Below are positions 1 through 13,680 of a stretch of DNA of 64,000 nt, piece after piece (the stretch's first letter is position 1; each line of letters opens with the position of its first letter). Position numbers and translations under genes: made by a program. The notes beneath the pieces were generated by a model. The model did no database searches. It was not told the origin of the DNA and saw only the letters and a list, made by a program, of their open reading frames with translations. Location: positions 40,317,108 to 40,381,107 of the forward strand of contig NC_068981.1 of NCBI RefSeq assembly GCF_001194135.2, in the 5' to 3' direction. The stretch is from Octopus bimaculoides. Taxonomy: Eukaryota.

Positions 1-57
1 TATATATATATATGTAAAGAGAAAGAGGGTTATATATATATATATATTGATAGATAG

Positions 58-88
<31 letters not shown>

Positions 89-800
89 GATAGATATGCT
101 CATATGTTTGTGCGTATATATAATTATACACATACATACAAATATACATCTATACGTATATAATTATATATACGCACACACTCATGCACGCACACAATAC
201 ACATCCAACACGTGTTTTGTGTACTCATTTGAACTATGGCCTTACCACCTCTATACTTCATAATCTATGTATGTATGTATGTATGTATGTATGTATGCCT
301 GCATATGTACACGTAATTATGTATTTATTTTACATACATCTCAATGAAGCATAATTGAATCTACTGTTATTGTGATTCTGTACAATGTAATACATATTTA
401 TATTCTGATATATATATATACTACAATACATTGAATACATTTATACACTACAATACATTGAAGCATAGGATACCATTGTATCTCGCATATGATGTGTTCA
501 TATTTAAGATAGCGTGTGTTAAAGAGAAGGTAGATATGTCTGGCTTTACTGACATTTACATGCACCCACTCATAGAATACACACACACACTCACACACAT
601 ACACATGCACGCACAGGCACACACAGGCACACACAGGCACACACACGCACGTAAACATTCATACATATACGTAATATATTTATCTACATGTATGTATGCA
701 TATTTACGCACACACACATATATATATATACATACTTATATGCATGTATATATATGTATGTATGTATGTATGTATACATGTATCTATTTATATGCACAAA
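1..800. repeat. Compound microsatellite region: (TA)n, (GATA)n, (TATG)n, (CA)n
   Basis: Simple tandem repeats read directly; they generate the HTHT/VCVC pseudo-ORFs. Confidence 0.95.
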
Positions 801-2415
801 CGTACACATACACATTTGCAAGATTTCACAAATTTTCGTTAATGCTTTTAACATAGAATGTTAAAAATATTTCTTGTAAGCATATAAGAATGCAAGTATA
901 TAAATACTTGTTTCCTGATTTCTGTTGATACAACGAGAAGCTCCCGTCTACTTCGAAATGTCGGACACAGTATCTACCATTGAGTCTGAAACACCAATGT
1001 ATGGCGGTCTGCTGATATCATTTAGTGTATGAGTAGTACTTGCACACAAAGTCTATCAGAAGATGCCGTTATGTCATTCTCTGAAGCAATCAAACAGCAA
1101 AAACCATTCCCACGTTCGTGTCAACAGGATCAATTTACGATTGTCTGTTTTGCGTCTGCATAATTATTTAACCTTAGCTTGGCAAGACTTCGCACTCATC
1201 AGAAAATACATTGTTTTCTGATTTCAGTAGTATATGACAGAATTTCCTGTCTAGCCCCAAATGGCAGATGCAATATCTATGCCTGAGAGCAGCAAATCAT
1301 GCCGAAACACTGGTGTCTGATAGTCTATTGACATCCTTAAAGTAAGTATGGTATTTACATACATATTCCATAGGGAGAAGTCTTTCGTCGAATCACATTC
1401 TAACAACAAAGGCCACTTTTACGTTCGTGTGTACAGGAACGAGTTACGAAGGGATATACACATCATTGATTTGGTTCGCGCTGTCTTGTGTGAGGATAGT
1501 AATATATATTATACGCGTGGGTGTGGGTGTACCAATGTATGTACGATTTGTATGTATGCGCTTGAGTCTGTATTATGTACGCAAGAAAATCTACCTCTGC
1601 GCGGGCATGTGTGTGTGTAGATAAACATGCGCTCTTCTTGTGTGTGTACAGGCCACTTTACACACAAATATGTTCTTCATTCCAATGGCGATTGTGTTTA
1701 TGTGTTCAGTCCAAAAGGAGAACCAAATGGAGAATCAAACGAAGAATTTCTGGATTGTTTTTTATTTCGAGAATTACGAATCAGTTTGCTATGTTTTATT
1801 TTGAAGAACACTAGCAAATCACAACCCGGGGAATCTATGATAATGAGTACAAACGACAATTTATAGCTTCTATATAAAAACTCCAAGGTCCCTGTTAGTT
1901 CTCCTTAGATGTTTTTCTTTTCCTTTTCTATTTCTCAAAAGTTTGACGTAATATTTACGTTCACAGTGTAGCTGATCTTTACAACTATATATGACTGTTG
2001 TTTTTATGAGTAATGCTTCACCAATATTCTTTACTTATAAAGGTGTTGTTAATTCCTATTTCTGCTATGCTAGTATATATGGTTTTAGCAACAATACTGT
2101 CTCTCTGTAACAAAGTATTTTGCGGATAATTTTTTGAAAGCTGATGATGTGGCTAATATCTTTCAAGTTGTAATGGCACAATTGACATTTGCTACCGCTA
2201 CAGTGAAATTCAAAGCATTCTTATCTCACTTGCTGATTAGATATTTTATCGCTATTTTCTGATCTTGGATGGCAAAGTCATGGCCTTCGAGATGAATTGT
2301 GATGTACCTAATCACAGGTCCTGGAGAAACTACTATTCCTCTCAATGTATTTATGCATATGTACATATATAAATACCTTTTACAAGTATATCTGTGGTGA
2401 GGGGTGTATGTACAT

Positions 2416-2572
2416 CACCGCTTTTAGTCGAGCAAATCGACCCCAGGACTTATTCTTTGTAAGCCTTGTACTTATTCTATCGGTCTCTTTGCCGAACCGC
2501 TAGGTTACGGGGACGTAAACACACCAGCATCGGTTGTCAAGCAATGTTGGGGCGACAAACACAGACACACAA

Positions 2573-2580
<8 letters not shown>
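2416..2580 (-). mobile_element. SINE family B (CORE-like tRNA SINE), 3' half
   Basis: Matches the 3' half of the near-full copy at 38655-39075 in reverse (gtcgagcaaatcgaccccaggacttattc...ggttgtcaagc) and runs into the family's internal (CA)n/(TA)n tract. Confidence 0.85.
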
Positions 2581-2658
<78 letters not shown>

Positions 2659-3302
2659 CATGTTTGTATACGCATATTTATGTATTTACTTATTTAAGAG
2701 TGCTAGGCACCGACAGTATTACATTAAAGACCACAAATCTCATTTTTTTTTTTTTTTCAATCTTAATGCAAGCTGTTTATTCTTTCTAGAAGTGAGACGT
2801 GGGTAGTAAGTGCATCCTCGTCACTGTCACTTCTGAAATATGAACGATCACAGAGTTAGTCCACTCGAACTGCAACGCCGCTATTAACAGTTGGTTTTGT
2901 GGTAAGCAGACTTCAGTTCACTTAGGTTTTTATATCGTGGATCTTTAACTATGCATATCAAGATATTTCCTCCTGAAATCTCTGAATTTTTTGACGTAAT
3001 TCACTTGGAATATCCCAGAGGACTGAAGACAATGACGTTCTGTATTCGGCACCTCCGTTAGGAGTTATGACATCACAGATATTGTTAGATTATTTATCTT
3101 AAACACCCACAAGAAACGCACATCTCACCACAGCTCAGACAGCAGCTTGGAAATTTATATAAATAAATCGAAGGCTATGGTTAGAGTCAGAAAAAAACTT
3201 TAGAATCTTCACCATCAATATAGGAGCACTCAACGTTTTGAACATTTCATTAGACCACAAACTAGACAAATACTACCTATATAGAAACTTGATGTGGAGA
3301 TC

Positions 3303-3401
<99 letters not shown>

Positions 3402-3405
3402 CATA
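3303..3405. repeat. (TA)n microsatellite
   Basis: About 50 TA units with few interruptions. Confidence 0.97.
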
Positions 3406-6364
3406 TGAATGTAATAACACTCGCGTGCACATACACATCATTCATAATTAGATACTAAGTAGCCTATATCAGTAGATGACTATCCCAATATCCATTCTAC
3501 CATCACAAAGAGATATCTTCGACAGCGTAATATAGCAAGGCGTTAGCGCAGAGTTGCGTTATTGAGAAGTTAGTGCACCTGAAGGACCTACCTCTAGTTC
3601 CCGAAGAATGTTAAGAAGTGTAAAATAACCGGTTCAAACCTCTGTTCGACCTAGATATCGTCACGAACATATCCAGGTACCTTCTATCTCTCAGTAGGAA
3701 ACATTCTCTTAGCATATAAATATTGCAAGTTCTTTAATACTTGTAATGTTAAGATAGATTCCTCTTTACTGAACAACATCTCTTCCAGCATCACACATCC
3801 CAACAGAAAAAGTATATATCTGACAGGCTTCATCCTAAGTATTCATCTGCAGCTTCCGGAATCGATTCATCTGTCCACTGAGACTGTTCTTCCTTTCCGA
3901 TAGAATCCCGAAGTACTACACGGGCCTTACAACCAATGGCTTCAGGGAAAGATTAACTCAGCATAAGTAGAGACAGCAAAAATCAATTCCCTATCTCATT
4001 TCATTTGAAGGTTTAACGATCAAGGAAAAACTCTACCCTGTATCCCTTAAAAGAAACCTTAAGTGTTTTTTACTGCAACCAATAGAGCATTGTGTGGGTT
4101 AATGGTGATGGTGATGGCGATGGTCATCGTTATTGTCATGGTCTTTGTGACAGTTATTAAACAAGAACCAAAGGATCACAAAACCGTATGCTACTAGATT
4201 CGTCCTATAGTTCTTAAATGTAGAACTATAAACCATAACCACACGAATTGAATGGAAATAACATAAACTGTTCCATAAAAAGACACTTTATGTAATCGAA
4301 CCTTGTCCTATGTTGGTAATGGGTGTGTAACCTCGGACTATGTTTTAAATCAGTACTCCAATAGTCTTGTGCTAGCTCAGGTACATTGGTTATACTTCAA
4401 CTGAATTCTAGGCATGCTAGCTTTTTTTCTTCTTTAATATGAGTTATAACTGACGTTTTCGTACAATAGTAGCTTCTCTGAAAATCTGCTTCAAATGTTT
4501 TCTCCCTCCCTTTGTTATTGGTTTGTACTATCTTAAAAATATTACAGTTGCAAACAATACAGTTTTCCGTATCTTTTCAATTCTTTATTTTTTTTATTTT
4601 TAAATAAAATGTCATAACTACTACTTTTTTGTGATCCCTGTCCTCCCATTCTTAAAAGGTTAATTTATTTCGTGTTAGTCATGTATTTAGTTGAATGTTT
4701 ATATTTGTCTACGAAGTGCATATTGTCTGCTAGGATTGAAATGTCATTCAAAACAGTTGTTATGGTTTTTGATAAAAATAGATATTGTTGTTTATATTTT
4801 CTGTCAATATGAACATAATGATCCGAACTTTGGTCATTTTTTCTCAGAAAATGTATAGCTATCTTGCATTGTCCTAATTGTTTTGCATACTCAGTGTTAG
4901 CGATGACCAATTTGATCGATTATATCTTTATAGTCATTTCATATTCTGTTTCATTGCAATTGCTGGAGGGAGGGTTTTGATTATGTTCAGATCAACAGCT
5001 CCTTGTTGTCATTTTTATGCTCTCATGTTTATAAATGTTGAATCTTTTTATTTGATCTTCCACTTTTCTCTATGTAGGGGTTTGCCATTTCATTGTTGAA
5101 ACGATCCATATTGAGCATTTTCAGCTTTTTATTCTTTGTATCATTTATATTTATCATTTGTAACTGTTCTTCCCTTCCAATATAGTATGTTGCTTTAACT
5201 TTTCTTTTATATATTCTTATCGCTTTCAAGACGAAAAATAGTTTTATTGTTTTTTAGTTTTGTTTGACTTTCGGTTTTCTTTTTTTCTTCTTTTTTTTTT
5301 GTTTTACTTCTTCAAATCATTTACATTATATTTTCTTTATTGTATATTTGGTATCGGTTGGATTTTTCTTTTTTACTAGTTATCTTCAGTTACAAATTGG
5401 AAAAGTCTATTATCCTTTGTGTTCAAGGTAAATAATATTTGCTGCAGGTTGTACATTCTAAATGCTGTTATTATTTTACTAGGTTCTTTAATTAAAACAG
5501 CAAAAGCATAACTATTGTTTTACTTTCGGCATTTTTTCTTTTACTTTGATTTCTAAAGAAACAAGTCTATGGTAATTCTTCCCAAGCTATTGTCCTCATT
5601 TGTTTTATTCCATTCAGCTCTACTCCAACGTATCATTTTACTTTCACTATCTACCTAATTGATTCCTCGATTATTATAATACTTTCTTTCGTCTAAACCT
5701 CTTATCTTTTTATCTTTAGCTGTTATAATATTGATTTTATTTAGTTCTCAGTTCTCCTCTCGCGAAGATAGCCTTGAAACGTTACTCCGTAACAATATAC
5801 CAACTTAATCTTTGCAGAGTCTAGTAATGTTTATTAACTATTTTTTTTTAGTAATCTCTCATGTACTAAAGTTATGCATACGTAGAAGTTATGCATAAGT
5901 AAAAAATGTTTTTTTTATATCATTGCAGGATACCTATATTTGCACTCTACCTAGTCCATCATTTGGATGACAATGATATTTTTATAATAAAATTGATTTA
6001 TAAATCACAAGAACTAAGAACTAAAGTCGAGAGACAGACAGACAGAGACAGAGACAGATATATGTAGGTAATGGTGTGTGTTTTATCTAGAATCGTCTAA
6101 TGGAAAGGTATCTAATCAGCTCGAAGTATAAAACAATAAGTCTATAGAGACGAATAAGCATAAATAATTATATGTTAACATCAAATGCAAACAGAATTAT
6201 TTTTGTATTGGGTAAATAAATATAGACATACTCAGAAATATGAATGTGTGCGTGTATAAATATAGACGCACACAAATATGTAAACATATACACAGATACA
6301 CACATCGAACACATTCTCGTACACACATGCATTGTGTTTTTACTATAACAATAAAAGCATAACG

Positions 6365-6580
6365 ATTATTTTACCTTCTACTATAGGCACAAGGCCTGAA
6401 ATCTTGGGAAAAGGGCCTGGTCGATTAGAGTGACTCCAGTGCTCAACATGTGCTTATTTTATCTACCCTCGAAAGCGGATAAAAGACAAAGTCGACTTCG
6501 GCAGAATTTGAACCAAGAACGTAAAGCCGGAAAAACGTTTTTCACGAGCGCGCTAACGATTCTGCGTGCTAAGCTCGCCA
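6365..6580 (-). mobile_element. SINE family A (tRNA-derived), type-2 tail
   Basis: Reverse copy of the family A body (ggtac/tgcttattttatc...aaagtcgacttcggcagaatttgaac...gctaacgattctgc); tail reads ccttgtgcctatagtagaa on the minus strand. Confidence 0.9.
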
Positions 6581-7162
6581 TATTAGTGCATATTGATTTT
6601 GAGGTAATAATTTATTTTCGTTTGAAAACTTAGCATTAATTGCATCATTTCGTGTAAGTAAGCACCATGAAATTTGATGGAAGTTAAGTTATAATTATTG
6701 TATGTTTGCCATTTTTTTAGTTCTACTTATAGTGGCAAAAGTACACTTCCAAAATGGCTCATTATGTGACGGATAGCACTCTAGTATATCGGTGTACATC
6801 CCTGTAAATCGGAAATATAGTACTCTAAAATACAGAGTGTTATGTAGCACTCTCTAGTTGATAGCACTCTGCAGTGTCAGCGTAATCGGCGTATATTTGC
6901 GAAAGATAAATATCGGCGAAAAAAACGAGAAACCAATGCTTTACGAGCGAAATCCCTTTGGATATGTTTTCTGCACAGGGTTACAAACACTCCCTCGCAA
7001 CTCTCATTGTCAGAGATACAGAAAGGCAGGAATTGACTCATGACAAACATGTAACCAACAGTGACGTTATTCACCAGTTGTGGTATACATGAAACAAAAA
7101 AGTGAAATATGCGTTCAGATTATCTTTTGATACGAAACGTTACAGAGGTTTGTGTGATTGTT

Positions 7163-7179
7163 GTGTGTGTGTGTGTGTC

Positions 7180-7263
<84 letters not shown>
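7163..7263. repeat. (GT)n microsatellite
   Basis: About 50 GT units. Confidence 0.97.
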
Positions 7264-7267
<4 letters not shown>

Positions 7268-7394
7268 GAACTACGAAAAATATTCTGCTTTGCTGTATTT
7301 TATGTATTAATATTATTTATGATTTATTCTCGCTGTTTTTGTATATATTTCATCCTTAATTTCATTAGCATTCTTTTTATTTATTTTTTTTTTA

Positions 7395-8492
7395 GTCAGG
7401 AGAGACAGCAGTGCCTATAAACCTTCACAGAGCCCCCGAGACAAGTGGAAGGAAGAAGGGCAGATATCCTCAAAGGAGAATGCTTACAACAAACTGAAAT
7501 CACTTAAGACACCCAAAGCGCAGACCTAGGCTGAGCGTCTGGTACCTTGAATGTCGCCAGGCGCTCACGCACCTCAGCCAGTCGGGCAATGCGATTAGTG
7601 GTAGTTCTACAATGGCGTTGTACAGAGGTTTAGTGGTGAAAGGAAACGACGATGTTCTTTGGGAGAATCTAGGCTTCGATGAATTTCAACTCGCCAGTCT
7701 GTTCCGGAGGACTTTCGGGCTGGGGCCTATGGATAACTTCCAGTAATCCTTGGTCTGGCAGTGCTACAGGAGGACTTTGCCTGTTCGATATAAACTCTAC
7801 AGGCACAGAGGTGCCGTCAGTCGAACCTGCCCGAGATGTACGCAGATCGACGAAACCGTTCTGCACGTACTCGTCCAGTGCCCAAGAATATATGATATAT
7901 ATGTCGAACACCTGTGGTCACGTGTAGGACGTGTAGGACGTGTCCGCTTGTCGGCTGATTCCATCATGAAGATTGCCCCGTCGCCTTCCTTTGGTCGGCA
8001 AGGGAAGGTAATTTTCATGTCTCGTGGCTGTAGCGAAAGAGGTCGTGTGGCGGTCTAGACAGAAAGGGCTGAAGACAAATACTTTACTCTTTGGCCTACC
8101 CCTCATTAACTTTTTCAGATACCATCTGAAAAGGAAAGTAAGGGTTGAGAGAGAAGTGCTGACTTTCAACAATTTTGTTAAAAGGTGGGTGAATGTGGCG
8201 AAGATGGCCCGTGTCAACAGGCCTACTTTGAGCATGCGCTTTTGAGTTTCCAAGGTTGAGAGAGAGAGAAATAGGGGGAGAGGGCTGTTGCCCTAGTGGT
8301 CGTTGAGTTTGTGGATTTTCCGTGGGTCTCTATGAGTAGCCCAGAGTTGCTTGCCTCTTTTAGGCATCTTCTTTATTATATTTTTCATTGTTATTGACTT
8401 TTTACACGACAATTTATGTAACCCCACTTTGTTCTTCATGTTTTGTAAATGTCCAATCTAACTTTTGTTGACCCTTGTGGCTAATAAAGAAA
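7395..8492 (+). mobile_element. Tx1/L1-clade non-LTR retrotransposon, ORF2 C-terminal region and 3' UTR (copy 1, degenerate)
   Basis: C-terminal CCHC motif CPRCTQIDETVLHVLVQC, then VAVAKEVVWRSRQKG...FFRYHLKRKVRVEREVL, homologous to the copies at 49-50.6 kb and 57-58 kb. Ends cccttgtggctaataaagaaa followed by (ATT)n. The 5' boundary is uncertain; homology is clear from about 7530. Confidence 0.85.
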
Positions 8493-8525
8493 GGATTATT
8501 ATTATTATTATTGTTGTTGTTGTTG

Positions 8526-8567
<42 letters not shown>

Positions 8568-8568
<1 letters not shown>

Positions 8569-8850
8569 GGCGAGCTGGCAGAATCGTCGACATGACAAAG
8601 TACCAATCAAATACTAGGGTCGGCAGTATCCATTTACACCTTCGCCTCAAAGTCGCTGACATTGTTCCAAACGTGAAACTGTTGATCGTGGGAAGTGTCG
8701 GAAAAAATGACTTACGACATTTATTTCGAGCCTTTGCATTCTAGAATCAAATCCTGCTGAAGTCAACTTCGCCTTTCATCCTTGCAGAGTCGATAAAATA
8801 AAGTACCAATCAAGTACTGAGGGCGAAGGTTTGGACTAAGCTTCCGTTCA
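8568..8850 (+). mobile_element. Two degenerate SINE family A copies
   Basis: Head ggcgagctggcagaatcg directly after the (ATT)n tract; second body tcaaatcctgctgaagtcaacttcgcctttcatcc...gtcgataaataaagtacc. Confidence 0.75.
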
Positions 8851-9119
8851 AAATTGGGCCTAAATCTGCGTGAAGAAAGAAATGTTGCCTTCCAGCAAAA
8901 TTGTTGAAAGGTAGATGAGAGTCGTGAGCATGGCTCGAATGAATGATCTTGCTCTTTGCATGCGCTTTTAGAATTTAGATTAGAACGATTGGGAACGGAT
9001 GCTTGTCTCAATAGTCATGGTAACCGTGCTTTTACGGTATTTTTACAGGTAGCCCTGGGAAATCATTCCCCCACAACATCACCTTACTGAGGTTTGTTGC
9101 CATGTTACTTTTCCTTTAT

Positions 9120-9215
9120 ATTTCATTTATGCGTAAAACACATCTATTTTCTGAAACCTTGACTTTGTAATGTCCTCGTTTTTGTGTGCACCCTGGCGGC
9201 TAATAAGGAAATCAT
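9120..9215 (+). mobile_element. Short 3' tip of a Tx1-like LINE
   Basis: Ends caccctggcggctaataaggaaatcatt, resembling the 3' ends at 8470-8492 and 50550-50580. Confidence 0.5.
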
Positions 9216-9769
9216 TTTTATTGTTGTTATTGTTTATTTGTTGTTATTCAATAGTTTCAAATGAATATTTTAAAAAAATATCACTTTAGCATGTCTTCCT
9301 CTGTGTAAATCGACTGTGAGTAGAGTTAGCTTTGTTTCTGCTCGGTTTCAGTTGCGTTGCTGCTGATCTGCTGATAATGTTATTGTTGGTTTACGTTTTA
9401 GAATTTTGTTTAGTGTTATTACTTGTGCAATTAATTTCCTTGTTGTTACGTAAGTTGATATTTTATTATAGGATCTTGTGTAGAATGTGTCAGAACTATG
9501 CAGTTTTATCGGTTACCGCATATGCAGTGCGCGCCTTGATGTAGTTTTGGTGATCGTGTTCATACATTGAAAATGTATAAAACAATACTGTATTTATTAT
9601 TGTTCTTGGGGAGAAAGCTGTGCGTTCATAATATGATTAATTACAAAACGTCGGATTTCAGGCATGATGTTGTTTAGCTTCCGCCTCCTACGTACTCTGA
9701 TTACAAACTTTGTTAGTATGGGGTTTGATAAAATAAATAACCAAGTATACATTTGTCGAACTTCGAGTT

Positions 9770-9990
9770 AATAAAGAGCATCTAGATACTCGCTCAATTT
9801 GCTCGAAATAGCAGTCAAATTTTCATCAAATCACACCTTACAGTTTGGAAAACAAAGTAAGATACATTGAATAACGGGATCCAAAATGAAAACATTTGGA
9901 CTACGAAAATATGGAAGCAACACGGCTGGAACGCCTGTAATCATACGTCAGTTATTTAATAAGGATATACTTGGAGTATGTCCTGATACG
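9770..9990 (+). mobile_element. Old SINE-like family D
   Basis: gaaatagcagtcaaattt...aaatcacacc and ggctggaacgcc motifs recur at 12.4-13.7, 30.7, 45.0, 51.3 and 62.8 kb; (CAA)n-type tail. Confidence 0.6.
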
Positions 9991-10499
9991 ATGACGACAG
10001 CAACAACAAATCTGTAGAGTTTTAGAAATGTAAGAAATCAATGAACTTTTTTTCTATGAGCAATATTTTGAAAATACAACACTAACTCTCTGGACACTAA
10101 TGGTCTGGAACATTTTTTTGTCCGCATTAATTTAAGAGCAGGAATTCCCGGTTTCGTCAAACTAGTCTACAGGTTCTTTGCACTGCGTTGTGCTTTGTAC
10201 AGTACAGTATTCATAAACTTGTATCATTTACACTAATGTACAGTACTTGTACTTCATTTAATTACATAAGTGAATTTAATTAAGCTAGAGCGTGACCAAC
10301 CTTATTCCAGATAAAAAAAAACACTTATCCGTAATGTCCTTGGGCCCAAAGGTTCCGAAGAATCGATTTTGTATCTGTAATGGCATATCTATCGGGTTAT
10401 TAAACCTTTTTTATTTCCCTTTATGGTAATGTCAAAACACTTTATCCTTATTTCTATTGTAACCTGTACAGGTATCTCCTATTTTTTGTGGAAATGCTA

Positions 10500-10716
10500 T
10501 AATATTGGTATAAAATTTTGGTACAAGGCCAGCAATTTCGGGGACAGGTCTAAGTAGATTACATCAACACCCACTGCTCAACTCGTACTTATTTTGTCGA
10601 CCTCAGAAGGGTAAAATCAAGACCGACCGCGGCGGAATTTGAACTCAGAACGTAAAGGCGGACGAAATTTTCTTAAGCATGTTGCCCGGCGTAGTAACTA
10701 TTCTGCCAGCTCACCA
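10500..10716 (-). mobile_element. SINE family A
   Basis: cggcggaatttgaactcagaacgtaa...ttctgccagctcacc; alternative tail ggccttgtaccaaaatttt. Confidence 0.9.
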
Positions 10717-10802
10717 CGCTTGACAGCATTCGCGAAGCTCCGTTAGTAGTTAAAGATCCAACACAAGGCAAGGTATCCCATATTTTATATATCTAAAAAT
10801 TA

Positions 10803-11760
10803 CACTAACCGATGTCTCATTCCGTTTGAAAATAGCGCTGTTTGTTAATATGGTAGGCTGTCTAGTAGGTTTAAGAAGCATTGTGAGACTCCTTCTTTGA
10901 CACATGGGAAATGTTCAGGAGAATTTTTATAGCCATTCTTCAAGAAAAACCTACTTTAGCTCTTTCAGCGACGATAATGGAAGGAAGCGGCTCCTTACTT
11001 GTTGATCCAAAATGCTTTATAGATGTTCGCTTATATTGAGATCCGGTGATAGTGAGTGGATCCAAGCAATCTTCTTCACGTTTGTACTCTTCACATCACT
11101 TTAACCGTGTGAATCGGCGCATTATCTTCCAGGAGGATTACGCTGTAATCAGGGGGGAAATGTTTGTAAGGTAGGATGGACATGATTAGCTAAAATACTC
11201 AGATAATCTTTGGCGTTAACTCCACCATGTAGAACAATCAAAGTGCGGAGAGAATTCCGTGAAATGGCAGCCCAAATCATCACAGAACCACCTCCAAGCT
11301 TCATTGTTTGATCCAAACAATCAGGGTTGATGGCTTCTTTGAGTTGGCTCAAGACTAAACTCACCCCGAAGCGGTGTAGTGGATGAGGTTTCATCAGAGA
11401 ATATTATATTAATCCACTGAGTCATTGACACTTCTGATAGTCCAGAAACCAATTTTTCGTTTATGAATGTTGATGACGGACAGAAAATTTTTAGCATTTG
11501 CAGACAGCCCATGATATCTAGTTTTGAGCAGTTCACGAAGTTTCAGTTACCATAAGGTTGGCAAGGTGGTGGTTTAGCTCTACTGCTACTTTTATTGCTG
11601 AAATTCAGTGGTTTCTAGACACAATCCGTTTCACTATTCTGCGGTAACCTTCTGAGTTTGGTTTCACCTTGATTTTGAAATGCCAACATGATTTTGGAGA
11701 TGATACCACCACCAAATTTTTATCTTTGGAAATCAGATAGATCACGCATTTTCGATTATT
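10803..11760 (-). mobile_element. Tc1-family DDE transposon, degenerate and partly deleted
   Basis: Minus-strand fragments GGGSVMIWAAISRNSLRTLIVLHGGVNAKDYLSILANHVHP and LLEDNAPIHTVK; TA plus cactaaccg terminus at 10801. Confidence 0.8.
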
Positions 11761-11794
11761 TAAAAAAAATATCTACAAAATAAGACAGAGGGTT

Positions 11795-11819
11795 TTATAT
11801 ATATATAGAGAGAGAGATG

Positions 11820-11891
<72 letters not shown>

Positions 11892-11901
11892 TGTACTTAC
11901 A

Positions 11902-11995
<94 letters not shown>
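11795..11995. repeat. Compound (TA)(GA)(GATA)n(GT)n microsatellite
   Basis: Read directly. Confidence 0.97.
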
Positions 11996-11998
<3 letters not shown>

Positions 11999-12429
11999 AG
12001 TAGCATAAAAGTTGTGGGAACAATGAGTTAAAAAGAGTACTCAATATGAGCTATAAAATTTTCTCATGCTTATTGGAAGCTGAAAACTTCTATAGCTGTT
12101 ACACACACTGACTCACATATACACTCACACATACACACTCACACACACACACATACACATGTAATATATATATACATATGCATATCTATAGTTGAAGCCT
12201 TTCGCAATATTCTGCTTACACTTCTTAAAGAAGAATATAGTTTGTCCGCCAGCAAGCATGTATAAATAGCAAGTATATATATATACATTAATTTCTTGGA
12301 GCAATACCGATTGTTGAGATTGCTTCCATTAACACTCTTCATAGGATGTTTTAGATGTTTAAACGGAGCAAGATTGCCAAGTATAACAGCTGTAACAACA
12401 GGAACAAATATGAATACAGACAAAAGCTG

Positions 12430-13680
12430 TGGCTTATACCTGGTTGTCTAATCTGCTAGCTAGAAATAACAGCCATGCATCCCTTACATTACACTCTACC
12501 ATCTTGTATAAGTAAAGGACACATTAGATATTGTAGTCATACGTATTCCTTAAACGATGAGAAGAATCAGGGCTGGAACGCCTTTGGTTATGCATCTATT
12601 AGATCTGATTTGACCCAGAGTTAAACGAAAACAATAACAAATATAATGACTACAACAGTTATGAAAAAAATATGAACAATAGAAAGTCATATTAACAACA
12701 TCAAAAGCAGGAAATCAGCTACAAGAAAAAAAAAAACTTCAATGGGTTCAATTATAATAGCTGTATCAACAATGATGAAAATATCAATGGCGCCAATTAT
12801 CCGACTGGTGTTGTCACAGCCTTACCAATCGCAACTAATTAATCGTCAAGGACACGTCGCTTACAAGATACTAGAAGGTTGAACCAACTAGAGATCTTTT
12901 ACATAGTCTCTCACGAGGCCTAGTGGTTAGGGTACTGAACACCTGATTGTAAGATTGTGGTTTCGATTCCTGGACCGGTCGACGCGTTGTGTTCTTGAGC
13001 AAAACACTTCATTTGACATTGCCCCAGATCACTCAGCCGGCAAAAATGAGTAATCCTGCGACGGACCAGCGGCCCATCCAGGAGGAGAATATATGCGCCA
13101 CGGAAATCGGCTAACCGGCCCTATGAGTCTATAAGACTCGGAAATGATTTTTATTCTTCTTTATCCTCGATCTACTAGAAATAAAAACCAGATTTCTTTT
13201 TATCATACCCTACCGTCTTAGAAAAGGAAATATAGTTTGGTTGACGCAATCTTCGATATGTAAAAGCATAGCAGAATCATAGTTCTTTTTAATCGGGGCG
13301 AACCTTTGGAGCTAAACAACAACAACTGTACTGATTATGTACAACATAATCAGACCTTTATCTGGATTATATAATCCAAAGTACAATGCCTAAACATAAG
13401 ACGGGATGATCACATCTGGTAAAAAATCTTTGTCCATATCTTCTTGATCAGAGCTGATCCCTGGCTAAGACACAAGAGCAACTTAGAGATAATACTAACC
13501 AAAAGGAAGCCTCAAGAACTAGCAGCCAAATTTCCCTCAAATAATATCCAATCATCTTTTTAAAATGGCTACATTGCATAAAATCGTCTTTGATATATAA
13601 CTTGAATTACTCGGGAATGACTGGGATCACAATTTTCCCCAATGAGAGCACATGTGAGGCTAAACAACATCCGCACCAGT
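12430..13680 (+). mobile_element. Cluster of about four co-oriented family D SINE-like remnants
   Basis: Repeated ggacacattagata/ggctggaacgcc and (g/a)ctaaacaacaacaac-type tails ending near 12640, 13325, 13475 and 13670. Confidence 0.55.
12917..13150 (+). mobile_element. SINE family C (tRNA head, V-SINE-like body)
   Basis: A-box-like ggcctagtggttagg, B-box-like ggtttcgattcc, then gtgttcttgagcaaaacacttcattt; second copy at 56690. V-domain similarity (gcgacggaccagcggcccatccagg) is from memory. Confidence 0.75.

Noticed and set aside
1627-1886. Overlapping 60-80 aa ORFs on both strands
   Set aside because: No homology, and lengths are expected by chance.
3430-5830. Possible ancient LINE remnants on the minus strand (an EYLG-like motif, ORF1-like text)
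   Set aside because: Too decayed to support a family call by eye.
10075-10372. Possible Tigger-like MITE
   Set aside because: Candidate TIRs match only at the first few bases.
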